Translations under genes and position numbers: made by a program
The notes under the pieces: generated by a model
The model's database searches: none
What the model saw: only the letters and a program-made list of their open reading frames with translations
What the model was told of the DNA's origin: nothing
Shown here: positions 1 to 12,500 of the stretch, in pieces
Layout of the letters: the number at the start of each line of letters is the position of its first letter
How positions within the stretch are numbered: position 1 is the stretch's first letter
Assembly (NCBI GenBank): GCA_010909165.1
Contig: VJWM01000108.1
Span: 997,237 to 1,061,236 of the forward strand
Length of the DNA: 64,000 nt
Direction: 5' to 3'
Source of the DNA: Anthoceros angustus
Lineage: Eukaryota; Plantae; Anthocerotophyta

Positions 1-1393
1 CCGTCCAGGTCACCACATCCTTTGCGGCCAAGCTTTCAAACACCTCGTGTGCATCTTCCAGTTCACCACATTTTGCATACATGTCCACCAGCGAGTTGCC
101 CACCAGTATGTCATGCATCAGTCCTCTTTTGACTATCTGCGTATGCAGCTGCCTGCCCTTTTGTATGGCACCAGAGCTTCCACAGGCCTTCAGGAGACAA
201 GCGAAAGTAACACGGTTACCCACAAGCAGGCCTTCTTGCTCCATTTGTCCATACAGTACAAGCGCCTGTTGGCCAAGTCCTCGCTGGGCATACCCAGACA
301 TCAGGGCATTCCATGTCACCACATCCTTTGTGGCCAAGCTGTCAAAAACCTGGCGTGCATCTTTCAGTTCACCGCATTTTGCATACATGTCCACCAGACA
401 GTTTCCAACAAACAAGTCGGGAGGAATGCCACTCTGCAACACATCGTAGTGCACTTTTCGACCAGATTCCAAGTCGGCCGCAAGTGCACAAGCTTGAAGG
501 GCAGCTACAAAAACGTGACCATCCGCCTTCACTCCTGACCTTCGCATCTCATGGTACAGCTGTATGGCTTCATGAGCTTTCCCATGCTTAGCATGGGCAG
601 AGATTATGGAGAACCACATGAAGGCATCTGGTTTGCCCACCCTGGTGAACACATCCATGGCCTCTCGCAGCCTACCTCCAGATGCATACATGCGCAAGAT
701 ATGATTTCCCAAGTATGCATCCGACTCGTACCCAAGTTTCACAGTGAGGTCATGAACTCGTCGCCCCATAACTAGGTCCTTCTTAGCTGCACACAGTTTC
801 AGCACTGTGTAAAACAGAGAGTGAGAAATATGAGAGTTTGTCTGCGCCAGAGAATCCAGGCCTCGAACGGCCTCAGAAAGCTTCCCCTGCTGACATAACG
901 TGCGCACGGTTACGGACGTTACGACGCCCATTTCTGATCCTGCACGCATGTGAGGTTGAGGATCGTCTGGAAAGCTCGGCTTGGACAGAGAGGCACTGTG
1001 ACCCATCTGCATATCCAAAGAAACGAGTTGCTCATCAACCCAAGCTGGCTTCAGCAAGCTGTTTAACCACAGGACCTCGTTGGACCCCTTACGCCGGAAG
1101 TCAGGCGCACGAGAGCTCTTCTTATCTCGCCTGTTGTCCCACCACATGGTAGGCTCCAGAAAAAACTGTTGCCACAAGTGCTCCTGCTCCAAGTCGCTGG
1201 ACAATCCGTCCCCACCCACACATATGGTTGGCGGTGGAAGTGCTGGGCTCCTTACACTGCTGCACCTGGAGGCCTGGTTGTTTGCCAGTGCTTGACTTCC
1301 TAAGGTAAGGCGGGAGGGAGCTCCTTGTAGAATCCCTGGAGACACACCAATTTGTTGGGTCCATGACGGGTCCGACTGCCGTAATGCGGCCAT
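1..1393 (-). CDS. PLS-class PPR protein with N-terminal PDF motif (paralogue A; runs off the left edge of the window)
   Basis: Manual translation of the minus strand from ATG 1393 is open to position 1: MAALRQSDPSWTQQIGVSPG...[41 protein letters not shown]...[40 protein letters not shown]. It is colinear with the genes at 1940 and 9599 and is missing from the ORF track because no stop falls in the window. Confidence 0.9.
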   Translation of the reverse strand, partial: MAALRQSDPSWTQQIGVSPGILQGAPSRLTLGSQALANNQASRCSSVRSPALPPPTICVGGDGLSSDLEQEHLWQQFFLEPTMWWDNRRDKKSSRAPDFRRKGSNEVLWLNSLLKPAWVDEQLVSLDMQMGHSASLSKPSFPDDPQPHMRAGSEMGVVTSVTVRTLCQQGKLSEAVRGLDSLAQTNSHISHSLFYTVLKLCAAKKDLVMGRRVHDLTVKLGYESDAYLGNHILRMYASGGRLREAMDVFTRVGKPDAFMWFSIISAHAKHGKAHEAIQLYHEMRRSGVKADGHVFVAALQACALAADLESGRKVHYDVLQSGIPPDLFVGNCLVDMYAKCGELKDARQVFDSLATKDVVTWNALMSGYAQRGLGQQALVLYGQMEQEGLLVGNRVTFACLLKACGSSGAIQKGRQLHTQIVKRGLMHDILVGNSLVDMYAKCGELEDAHEVFESLAAKDVVTWT

Positions 1394-1939
1394 CGTTCAA
1401 GGACCACTGCCGGAAGATGAGTGTAACGACCCAGCAAGGTGTCTGTAGGCGGGGGCGCGAAGGCATCGCCCACCTCAGCATGTAAAAAGAATTCCGGCAG
1501 ATCTTTACGGACCCATATTCTGTCCAAAGTACTTAGTACATACATATGTATGTACTATCACAACCTTAGTGACCCAATTGCGGACAGCTTAGCATCACAA
1601 CTCCGCATGTGCGCCCTGCGAGTACAAGATACATAGAGGGAGGACACAAGATGGAACCTGAGGCTTGTTAATGGTTAGCCATGGCGGGCGTGTTTCCTCC
1701 GCCCTCAAGTGGGCAGTTGAGATCCGATATGTTTGAGCGTGTCGGATACATGGCATCCTCGCTGCACCAGTGTGTCCATCTATCTGGCAACCAAATGAGA
1801 CTCCGTTCGAATTGCTTTGTTTCGGTGTCTTGGGTACCCAATAAAATTCCGTCTGCACTACCCTTCGGGGTGGTGTGGTCAGGCACCGTACCTGGGCATC
1901 CTCTCATAGGTTGTTGTTAACCTCATCGGTCCCTGAACG

Positions 1940-4900
1940 ATGGCCACTATATGGCAGCCGGACCCGTTGTGGACCCAACAAATCGGTGTTTGTACAGGGA
2001 TTCTACCAGGAGCTCCCACTCACCTCACCTTAGGGAGTCAACCCCTGGCACCAGCCTGCAGGTGCTGCAGTGTAAGGAGCCCAGCACTTCCAGTTCCGAG
2101 AAAATCTGTGGATGGGGACGGTTTTTGCAGCGATGGTCGTCGCAAGGAGCAGGAGCACTTGTGGCAACATTTTTTTCTGGATCCTACTATGTGGTGGGAC
2201 AACAGACGACATAAGAAGAGCTCCCGTTCCCCTGACTTCCGGCGTAAGGGGTCCAGCGAGGCCCTGTGGTTAAACAGCATGCTGAAGCCAGCTTGGGTTG
2301 ATGAGCAGCTTGTTGCTTTGGATATGCAGATGGGTCATGGTGGCTCTCTTTTCTTCAAGCCGAACTCTGCAGATGATCCTCACCCTCGCACGCGTGCAGG
2401 ATGGGAAATGGGCGTCGTAACGCCCGTAACTGTGCGGATGTTATGTCAGCAGGGGAAGCTTTCTGAGGCCGTTCAAGCCCTGGAATCTCTGGCGCAGACA
2501 GACTCTCCTATTTCCCAGTCTCTGTTTTACGTAGTGCTGAAACTGTGTGCAGCTAAGAAGGACCTAGTTGTGGGGCGACGAGTTCATGACCTCACTATCA
2601 AACTTGGGTACGAGTCGAATGCATACTTGGGGAATCATATCTTGCGCATGTATGCATCTGGAGGTAGGCTGCAGGAGGCCATGGATGTGTTCACCACGGT
2701 GGGCAAACCAGATGCCTTCATGTGGTTCTCCATAATCTCCGCATACACTAAGCATGGGAAACCTGCAGAGGCTGTACAACTATACCATGAGATGCGTAGG
2801 TCAGGAGTGAAAGCGGATGCCCACGTCTTTGTAGCTGCCCTCCAAGCTTGTGCATTTACCGCCGACTTGGAATCTGGCAGGAAAGTGCACTGTGATGTGT
2901 TGCAGAGTGGCATTTCTCCCGATGTGTTTGTTGGAAATTGCCTGGTTGACATGTATGCAAAATGTGGCGAACTGGAAGCTGCACGTCGGGCCTTTGACAG
3001 CTTGCCGTCAAAGGATGTCGTGACATGGACTGCTCTGATTGCTGGGTATACACAGCAAGGGCTCGGCCAAGAGGCACTTGTTTTATATGGACAAATGGAG
3101 CAGAGGGCCTCATTTTGGCTGACCATGTTACTTTTGCTTGCCTTCTGAAGGCCTGTGCAAGCACTGGTGCCTTACAGAAGGGCAGGCAGCTGCACTCACA
3201 GATTGTGGAAAGAGGACTGCTGATGATATACTGGTGGGCAACTGCCTGGTGGACATGTATGCAAAATGTGGTGAACTGGATGCACGCCAGGTTTTTGACA
3301 GCTTGGCCACAAAGGATGTGGTGACATGGAATGCCCTGATTGCTGGGTATGCACAGCAAGGGCTCGCCAAGAGGCACTTGTTTTATGGACAAATGGAGCA
3401 GGAGGCCTGATCGTGGCTAACCATGTTACTTTTGCTTGCCTTCTGAAGGCCTGTGCAAGCACTGGTGCCTTACAGAAGGGCAGGCAGCTGCACTCACAGA
3501 TTGTGGAAAGAGGACTGTTGCATGATATACTGGTGGGCAACTGCCTGGTTGACATGTATGCAAAATGTGGCGAACTGGAAGCTGCACGTCGGGCCTTTGA
3601 CAGCTTGCCGTCAAAGGATGTCGTGACATGGACTGCTCTGATTGCTGGGTATACACAGCAAGGGCTCGGCCAAGAGGCACTTGTTTTATATGGACAAATG
3701 CAGCAAGAGGGCCTCATTTTGGCTGACCGGGTTACTTTTGCTTGCCTTTTGAATGCCTGTGGAAGCACAGGTGCCTTGCAGAAGGGCATGGAGCTGCACT
3801 CACAGATTGTGGAAAGAGGACTGTTGCATGATATACTGGTGGGCAACTCTCTGGTGGACATGTATGCAAAATGTGGTGAACTGGAAGGTGCACGCCGGGT
3901 TTTTGACAGCGTGTCCACAAAGGATGTGGTGACATGGAATGCCCTGATTGCTGGGTACACAGCAAGGGCTCGCCAAGAGGCACTTGTTTTATATGGACAA
4001 ATGGAGCAAGAGGCCTCATTTTGGCTGACCATGTTACTTTTGCTTGCCTTCTGAAGGCCTGTGCAAGCACTGGTGCCTTACAGAAGGGCAGGCAGCTGCA
4101 CTCACAGATTGTGGAAAGAGGACTGTTGCATGATATACTGGTGGGCAACTCTCTGGTGGACATGTATGCAAAATGTGGTGAACTGGAAGGTGCACGCCGG
4201 GTTTTTGACAGCGTGTCCACAAAGGATGTGGTGACATGGACGGCGCTGATTGCTGGGTATGCCCAGCAAGGTCTTGGACAGGAGGCACTTGTTGTATATG
4301 GACAAATGGAGCAGGAAGGCCTGATCGTGGCTAACCATGTTACTTTTGCTTGCCTTCTAAAGGCCTGTGCAAGCGCTGGTGCCTTACAGATGGGCAGGCA
4401 TCTGCACTCACAGATTGTTGAAAGAGGACAGCTACATAACGTATTGATGGGCAACTGCCTGGTGGACATGTATGCAAAATGTGGTGAACTGGAAGATGCA
4501 CGCCAGGTTTTTGACAGCTTGGCCACAAAGGATGTGGTGACATGGAATGCCCTGATAGCTGGGTATGCACAGCAAGGACTTGGACAGGAGGCACTTGTTG
4601 TATATGGACAAATGGAGCAGGAGGCCTGATGTGGCTAACCATGTTACTTTTGCTTGCCTTCTAAAGGCCTGTGCAAGCACTGGTGCCTTACAGAAGGGCA
4701 GGCAGCTGCACTCACAGATTGTTGAAAGAGGACAGCTACATAACGTATTGTGGGCAACTGCCTGGTGGACATGTATGCAAAATGTGGTGAACTGGAAGAT
4801 GCACGCCAGGTTTTTGACAGCTTGGCCACAAAGGATGTGGTGACATGGAATGCCCTAATAGCTGGGTATGCACAGCAAGGACTCGGCCAAGAGGCACTTG

Positions 4901-7636
4901 TTCTGTATGAGCAAATGGAGCAAGAGGGCCTCATTTTGGCCGACCGTGTTACCTTTGGTTGCCTTCTAAAGGCCTGTGCAAGCACTGGTGCTTTACAGAA
5001 GGGCAGGCAGCTACACTCTCTGATTGTGGAACGCGGGCATCTTGACATATGGCTAGGCAACTGCTTGGTAGACATGTACGCAAAATGTGGCGAACTAAGA
5101 GATGCACGCCAGGTTTTTGACAGCTTGGCCTCAAAGGATGTGGTAACATGGAATGCCCTAATAGCTGGATTTGCACAGCAAGGACTTGGCCAAGAGGCGC
5201 TTGTTCTGTATGGACAAATGGAGCAGAGGCCTCATTTTGGCCGATGTTACTTTTGCTTGCCTTCTGAAGGCCTGTGCAAGCACTGGTGCCTTACAGAAGG
5301 GCAGCTGCACTCAGATTGTGGAAGAGGACTGCTGGATAAGGTAGTGTTGGGCAACTGCCTGGTGGACATGTATGCAAAATGTGGCGAACTGAAGATGCAC
5401 GCCAGGTTTTTGACAGCTTGGCCTCAAAGGATGTGACATGGACTGCTCTGATTGCTGGTATGCACAGCAAGGGCTCGCCAAGAGGCACTTGTTCTGTATG
5501 GACAAATGGAGCAGATGGCCTCATTTTGGCTGACGATGTTACTTTTGCTTGCCTTCTGAAGGCCTGTGGAAGCACTGGTGCCTTACAGAAGGGCAGGCAG
5601 CTGCACTCACAGATTGTGGAAAGAGGACTGCTGGATATACTGGTGGGCAACTGTCTGGTGGACATGTATGCAAAATGTGGTGAACTGGAAGGTGCACGCC
5701 GGGTTTTTGACAGCGTGTCCACAAAGGATGTGGTGACATGGACGGCGCTGATTGCTGGGTATGCCCAGCAAGGTCTTGGACAGGAGGCACTTGTTGTATA
5801 TGGACAAATGGAGCAGGAAGGCCTGATTTTGGCTGACCATGTTACTTTTGCTTGCCTTCTAAAGGCCTGTGCAAGCGCTGGTGCCTTACAGATGGGCAGG
5901 CATCTGCACTCACAGATTGTTGAAAGAGGACAGCTACATAACGTATTGATGGGCAACTGCCTCGTGGACATGTATGCAAAATGTGGTGAACTGGAACATG
6001 CACGCCAGGTTTTTGACATCTTGGTGACAAAGGATGTGGTGACGTGGAATGCCCTAATAGCTGGGTATGCACAGCAAGGACTCGGCCAAGAGGCACTTGT
6101 TCTGTATGAGCAAATGGAGCAAGAGGGCCTCATTTTGGCCGACCGTGTTACCTTTGGTTGCCTTCTAAAGGCCTGTGCAAGCACTGGTGCTTTACAGAAG
6201 GGCAGGCTGCACTCTGATTGTCAAAACGCTGGATCTTGACATATGGTGGGCAACTGCCTGGTGGACATGTACGCAAAATGTGGCGAACTAAGAGATGCAC
6301 GCCAGGTTTTTGACAGCTTGGCCTCAAAGGATGTGGTAACATGGAATGCCCTAATAGCTGGATTTGCACAGCAAGGACTTGGCCACGAGGCGCTTGTTCT
6401 GTATGGACAAATGGAACAAGATGGCCTCATTTTGGCCGACGATGTTACTTTTGCTTGCCTTCTAAAGGCCTGTGCAAGCACTGGTGCCTTACAGACTGGC
6501 CGACGGCTGCACTCTCAGATTGTGGAAAGAGGACTCCTGGATAAGGTAGTGTTGGGCAACGGCCTAGTGGACATGTATGCAAAATGTGGCGAGCTAGATG
6601 TTGCCCGCCAGGTTTTTGACGGCTTGGCCACAAAGAATGTGGTGACCTGGAATGCCCTGATAGCTGGTTGTGGTACGTGTGATGAAGGTCACAACGCAGT
6701 AGCTTGTTTTGAGGAGATGTTAGTTGCTGGTATGCAACCTGATGATACTACTTTTACTTGCCTATTAGCAGCTTGCAGTCATGAGGGGCTGGTGCACGAG
6801 GGTCGCAAGCACTTTGAGTCCATGGCCAAACAGCATGGCATCAAGCCTACTATTGAGCATTACAGTTGCATGATTGATCTTCTTGGGCGTGCAGGCCTTT
6901 TAGATGAGGCGGAGAAGATGCTATTGTCATGTGATGACGAAAGCAATGTTGTGGGGTTGACGTCCTTGCTGAATGCCTGCAAAAGTCACGGGGATATAGA
7001 GGCGGCGTTGTTTTGAAAGACTGGTGACACTGGAGCCTCAGAGTGCATCGCCATATGTGCTCATGGCCAATGCCTATGCAGATGCAGGTAGGTGGACCGA
7101 TGTAGAGAGGATTGAAAGGCAGAGGATGGTGGCAGGAGCTAACAAGAAACCTGCAGTGGCGAGCATTGAGGTGAAGAAGCAGGTACATACATTTGTGGTG
7201 GGAGAAAACAGAGATGGTGGCAGGAGCTAACAAGAAACCTGCAGTGGCGAGCATTGAGGTGAAGAAGCAGGTACATACATTTGTGGTGGGAGAAAACAGA
7301 GATGATCTTGTGCTCAAGACGGAGAGCATGAGTGCACGTCTGAAGCAGGAAGGGGGCCATGTACCTCACACCAAGTTGGTGTTGAAGCCACTGGGTGAGA
7401 AGGAAAAGGAAGATGCGCTTTGCGGGCATGCTGAGAAGCTAGCTCTGGCGTTTGGTCTCTTGAACACTCCAAGAGGCACACCTCTGGTGGTAACCAAGAA
7501 CCTACGGATGTGCAGTGACTGCCACAGTTCGACCGAGATCATGTCAAGGGTTGAAAAGAGAGACATTGTTGTAAGGGATGGATACCGTGTGCATCGATTC
7601 GCTGCTGGTTGTTGCAGTTGTAAGGGTCGACCGTGA
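1940..7636 (+). CDS. PDF-motif + PLS-PPR-E-DYW:KP (GRP-type) RNA editing factor, paralogue B; many frameshifts (assembly error or pseudogene)
   Basis: 13 copies of a ~306-bp S-P-L triplet (DMYAKCG...VVTW[T/N]ALIAGY...[10 protein letters not shown]), then E motifs ([23 protein letters not shown]), [21 protein letters not shown] and terminal CSCKGRP. The frame is broken by many 1-2 nt deletions and an 88-bp tandem duplication at 7125-7300. Confidence 0.9.
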
Positions 7637-8736
7637 GAAAGAAGAACTGGCTAGTGCGCCAAAGGTGATCTGTTGCGTGTGGGAATTGGAAGTCAGGAGG
7701 AGACAAAGGATTGTGCTGTGCTCCGCTTTGTACAAGCACCCAGCAGGGTCTGCCAAATTGCAACATTAGGCAATTTGGCTTGGATCTTGTCAAAGCTAGT
7801 GCCTCAGCAAGTCTGAAGCTCGCCGAAAAGATCCATTCCGCATGTTCAGCGGTCCTCCCTTGAAGTGATCCAGTGTTGTCAGCTCACACCCTCTAGTATC
7901 GGCCCCTTGATGACACGAGCGCTACATGACTGGAGATTATCAGTACACTAAGCAATGTGGAGTTGTCTGGCCGTGTGCCAGTTTCCGGATCAGGGCCAAG
8001 ATTACCTGGCTGCCCATCGCAGGATAGCGCCTGGAGTAAGGAGTGATTCCAGGTGGCCATGGTCTTCTGGGCCACGCATCAAACACCTGCTATGCGTTAA
8101 CCTTACTCCTGAGTTCCCGTTCATGTTATTCCAATGCACCCTGACCTTCTATACATGTTAATCAAACTGCGGGCGGCCTACACAACCTCCAATCCCTTTG
8201 CTCTAAAGTCTGTGCTTTTAACGACTCAAAGGGGCCACACTTGGTCATGCCTGCAGCAGCAAGCTTATGTGCACGTCAGCGAATTGGGCTCAGCAGCGCC
8301 CTCCTCCTGCGCACCACTCTAGAGACAAGCATGATTTGAAAAAAGCAAAGAGGCAAGCATGTATTGAAAGGAACATCACAGCTGTGGGGAATGGATGAAG
8401 CAGGGCATACACCGCAGACATAGCGGGGGAAGGACTTGTACATTGGGATACGATTCGCTGAGCATTCTTCTGCTAATAAACACTTCGTTCAAAGCGATGG
8501 CACCTAAACCCTAAACCCTTCAACACAAACAATTCCAACCATGTTGAACTACCTGTTTTCCTTCTCCTTGCCCTTGAGAGCAGAGACTGCAGAATGCGCG
8601 TCCCTAAATTCCTAATCCGCCGGCATGTTACTGTTCAAATGCAAACGCGCGGTACAAAATCCTGGAGATGCGAGACCGCAGTAACCGGTGCGCCGTGGAC
8701 GGGTACGTAAGGAAGAGAATCAATCACCTTTCCTTC

Positions 8737-9269
8737 TTAGGGCTGAAATCTCCAAGTAGTCTTGGACAGAAGAGAGGCCAAGCCGACGCCCTCGCTCTGG
8801 AAGTAATATCTGCTACCCAATCCAGTTCCCTGAACTATCAGAGATGGCCTGCAACAGGCAGAAGCAGCGAGTGCTCAGTTCGCAGGAAAATCGAGAGCAG
8901 AATCCTACTCACATCAGTTGACAGAGTTGGAACCTCCTGAACTCCATATGATTATCCCGACCATTAGGCAAGGAGAGGGAGCGGAGAGGCAGACCAAACC
9001 AAACCCTATGCTGCTGAACAACATTGGCACGGGAGGGGTTAGAGCACGCACGTCATGGCAACGGAGGATGCTGAGAAGGAGCACAGAGCCGAAGCAGCTG
9101 ATGGTGGCGCGAAAGCAGCAGCAGCAGCACTTGATTCGGCGGCGAAGGTGGAAAAGCCCTGCCGCTGCTTGTGCTTAGCATTCGAGGCACACAAAACATA
9201 CACTCTCCGCCTCCGCTTCACCACTCTGCAATGCTCACAAAGCCTCTTCACAGCTGACCGCACCTTCAT
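8737..9269 (-). CDS. rpl36: ribosomal protein bL36, plant mitochondrial type; exons 9269-9052 and 8848-8737, 109 aa
   Basis: [38 protein letters not shown] is the L36 zinc-ribbon signature. A GT..AG intron at 9051-8849 (gtgcgt...ttgcag) keeps the frame into ...[18 protein letters not shown]. The GLASL tail resembles that of plant mitochondrial L36. Confidence 0.85.
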
Positions 9270-9598
9270 CCTGGCAGGACTCGCCTGAACCTAGCCTGCT
9301 GCGGCCTCCTCGGATCTTCTCCTCCCACGACCTTGCCTTGCCGCGTCCGCCACCGATCTCAACCCGGTTCAGACCAACGCGGGTCTCCCTCAATAGTCTG
9401 AATCGTCCAAACGCAGCTGTATCCACTCGACTACAGCAGCTAGAATTACCCAGTGATATATCCACATATACCGTAGAGGCCATCAGGGTTCCGATGTTCC
9501 AATTCGCTGGTTTTGATGACTTCAAGGTGGTGTCGTCATGAAGACCTAGGGGTCGTGCTCTAGTGTCATCTTCCGGCATCGATCCCGGCCCCTGACCG

Positions 9599-12500
9599 AT
9601 GGCCACTGTATGGCAACCAGATCCGGTGTGGACCCAACAAATTGGCGTGTCTCCAGGGCTTCTTCGAGGAGATCTTGCTCACCTCACCTTCGGGAGTCAA
9701 GTTGTGCCAAACAACCCAGCATCCAGGTGCAGCAGTGTAAGGAGCCCAGCACTTCCACTTTCGACGAAATGGGTGGGTGGGGAAAGATTGTCCAGCGATC
9801 ACAGTCACCAGGAGCAGGAGCACTTGTGGCAACAATTTTTTCTCGATCCTACCATGTGGTGGGACAACAGACGAGATAAGAAGAGCTCACATTTGCCTGA
9901 CTTCCGACGAAAAGGGTCCAACGAGGTCCTGTGGTTAAACAGCATGCTGAAGCCAGCTTGGGTTGACGAGCAACTCGTTTCTTTGGATATGCAGATGGAT
10001 CATTGTGCCTCTCCTTCCAAGTCGCGCTCTCCAGATAAGCCTGAACCTGGCACGCGTGCAGGATCGGAAATGGACGTCGTGGCCGTGCGCACGTTATGTC
10101 AGCAGGGGAAGCTTTCTGAGGCCATTGGAGCCCTGGAATCACTGGCGGAGGCAGACTCTGCTACTCCCCAGACTCTGCTTTACACTGTGCTAAAACTGTG
10201 TGCAGGTCGAAGGGATCTGGTTTTGGGGCGACGGGTTCATGACCTCATCGTCAAACTTGGGTACGAGTCGGATGCGTACTTGGCGAACCATATCTTGCGC
10301 ATGTATGCATCTGTAGGTAGGCTGCAGGAGGCCATGGATGTGTTCACCGGGGTTGGAAAACCAAATGCCTTCATGTGGTTTTCCATAATATCTGCATATG
10401 CTAAGCATGGGAAACCTAAGGAGGCCATACAACTATACAATGAGATGCGTAGGTCAGGAGTGAGGGCGAGTCCTCACGTTTTTGCAGCTGCCCTTCAAGC
10501 TTGTGCATTTGCTTCCGACTTGGAATCTGGAAGGAAAGTGCACTGTGATGTTTTGCACAGTGGCCTTCCTCCCGACTTGGTTGTTGGAAACTGCCTGGTG
10601 GACATGTATGCAAAATGTGGCGAACTGGAAGATGCACGCCGAGCCTTTGACAGCTTGGCGACAAAGGATGTGGTGACATGGACGTCCCTGATTGCTGGGT
10701 ATACACAGCAAGGGCTCGGCCAAGAGGCGCTTGTACTGTATGGGCAAATGGAGCAAGAGGGCCTGATTTTGGCTGACCGAGTTACTTTTGCTTGCCTTCT
10801 GAAGGCCTGTGCGGGCACTGGTGCCTTGCAGAAGGGCAGGCAGCTGCACTCACTGATTGTCAAAAGAGGACTCCTGCATGAAATACTGGTGGGCAACTGC
10901 CTGGTGGACATGTATGCAAAATGTGGTGAACTAGACGCTGCACGCCAGGTTTTTGACAGCATGGCCACAAAGGATGTGGTGACATGGACGCCCTGATTGC
11001 TGGGTATGCACAGCAAGGCTCAGCCAAGAGGCGCTTGTTCTGTATGGACAAATGGAGCAGGAGGCCTCATTTTGGCTGACCGAGTTACTTTTGCTTGCCT
11101 TCTGAAGGCCTGTGCGGGCACTGGTGCCTTGCAGAAGGGCAGGCAGCTGCACTCACTGATTGTCAAAAGAGGACTCCTGCATGAAATACTGGTGGGCAAC
11201 TGCCTGGTGGACATGTATGCAAAATGTGGTGAACTAGACGCTGCGCGCCAGGTTTTTGAAGTGCTGCCTAGAAAGGATGTGGTGACGTGGACGACCCTGA
11301 TTTCTGGGTATGCAGAGCAAGGCCTCGGTCAAGAGGCCCTGGTTCTGTATGGACAGATGGAGCAAGAGGGCCTCATTTTGGCTGACCGTGTGACTTTTGC
11401 TTGCCTTCTGAAGGCTTGTGCTAGGACTGGTGCCCTACAGAAGGGCAGGCAGCTGCATTCACTGATTGTGGAAAGAGGGCAGCTGGACAGATGGTTGGGC
11501 AACTGCCTGGTGGACATGTATGCAAAATGTGGTGAACTGAAGGATGCACGCCAGGTTTTTGATAGCTTGGCTTCAAAGGATGTGGTGACGTGGAATGCCC
11601 TAATTGCTGGGTATGCACAGCAAGGTCTTGGCCAAGAAGCGCTTGTTCTGTATGGACAAATGGGGCAAGATGGCCTCATTTTGGCTGACGATGTTACTTT
11701 TTCTTGCCTGCTAAAGGCCTGTGCAAGCACTGGGGCCTTACAGACTGGCAGGCAGCTGCACTCAGAGATTGTGGAAAGAGGACTGCTGGATAACGTAGTG
11801 TTGGGCAACTGCCTGGTGGACATGTATGCAAAATGTGGCAAGCTGGAAGTTGCACGCCAGGTTTTTGATAGCTTGTCCATGAAGAATGTGGTCACATGGA
11901 ATGCCTTGATAGGCGGGTGTGGTGCCTGTGATGAAGGTTACAATGCAGTAGCTTGTTTTGAAGAGATGTTAGTTACTGGTGTGCAGCCTGATGATACAAC
12001 TTTTACTTGCCTTTTGGCAGCCTGCAGTCATGAGGGGCTGGTTCATGAGGGTTGCAAGTACTTCGATTCCATGGCTGAACAGCATGGCATCAAACCTTCT
12101 ATTGAGCATTACACTTGTATGATCGATCTTCTTGGTCGTGCCGGCCAATTAGATGAGGCCGAGGACATGCTATTGTCATGTGATGACCAAAGCAATGTTG
12201 TGGGGTTGACGTCTTTGCTGAATGCCTGCAAGACTCATGGGGATATAGAAAGGGCGACCCGCTGTTTTGAAAGTCTGATTAGACTGGAGCCTCAGAATGC
12301 ATCAGCATATGTGCTCATGGCCAATGCCCTAGCAGACGCAGGGAGGTGGATTGATGTAGAGAGGATTGAAACACAGAGGTTGGTAGCAGGAGCTAACAAG
12401 AAACCTGCAGTGGCAGGCATTGAGGTGAAGAAGCAGGTACATACATTTCTGGTGGGAGAAAACAGGGATGATCTTGCTCTCAAGGTGGAGAGCATGAGTG

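Noticed and set aside
3100-11070. Programmed frameshifting or RNA-level repair to explain the broken PPR frames
   Set aside because: Small deletions also riddle TE and repeat copies throughout the window, so consensus error or decay is simpler.
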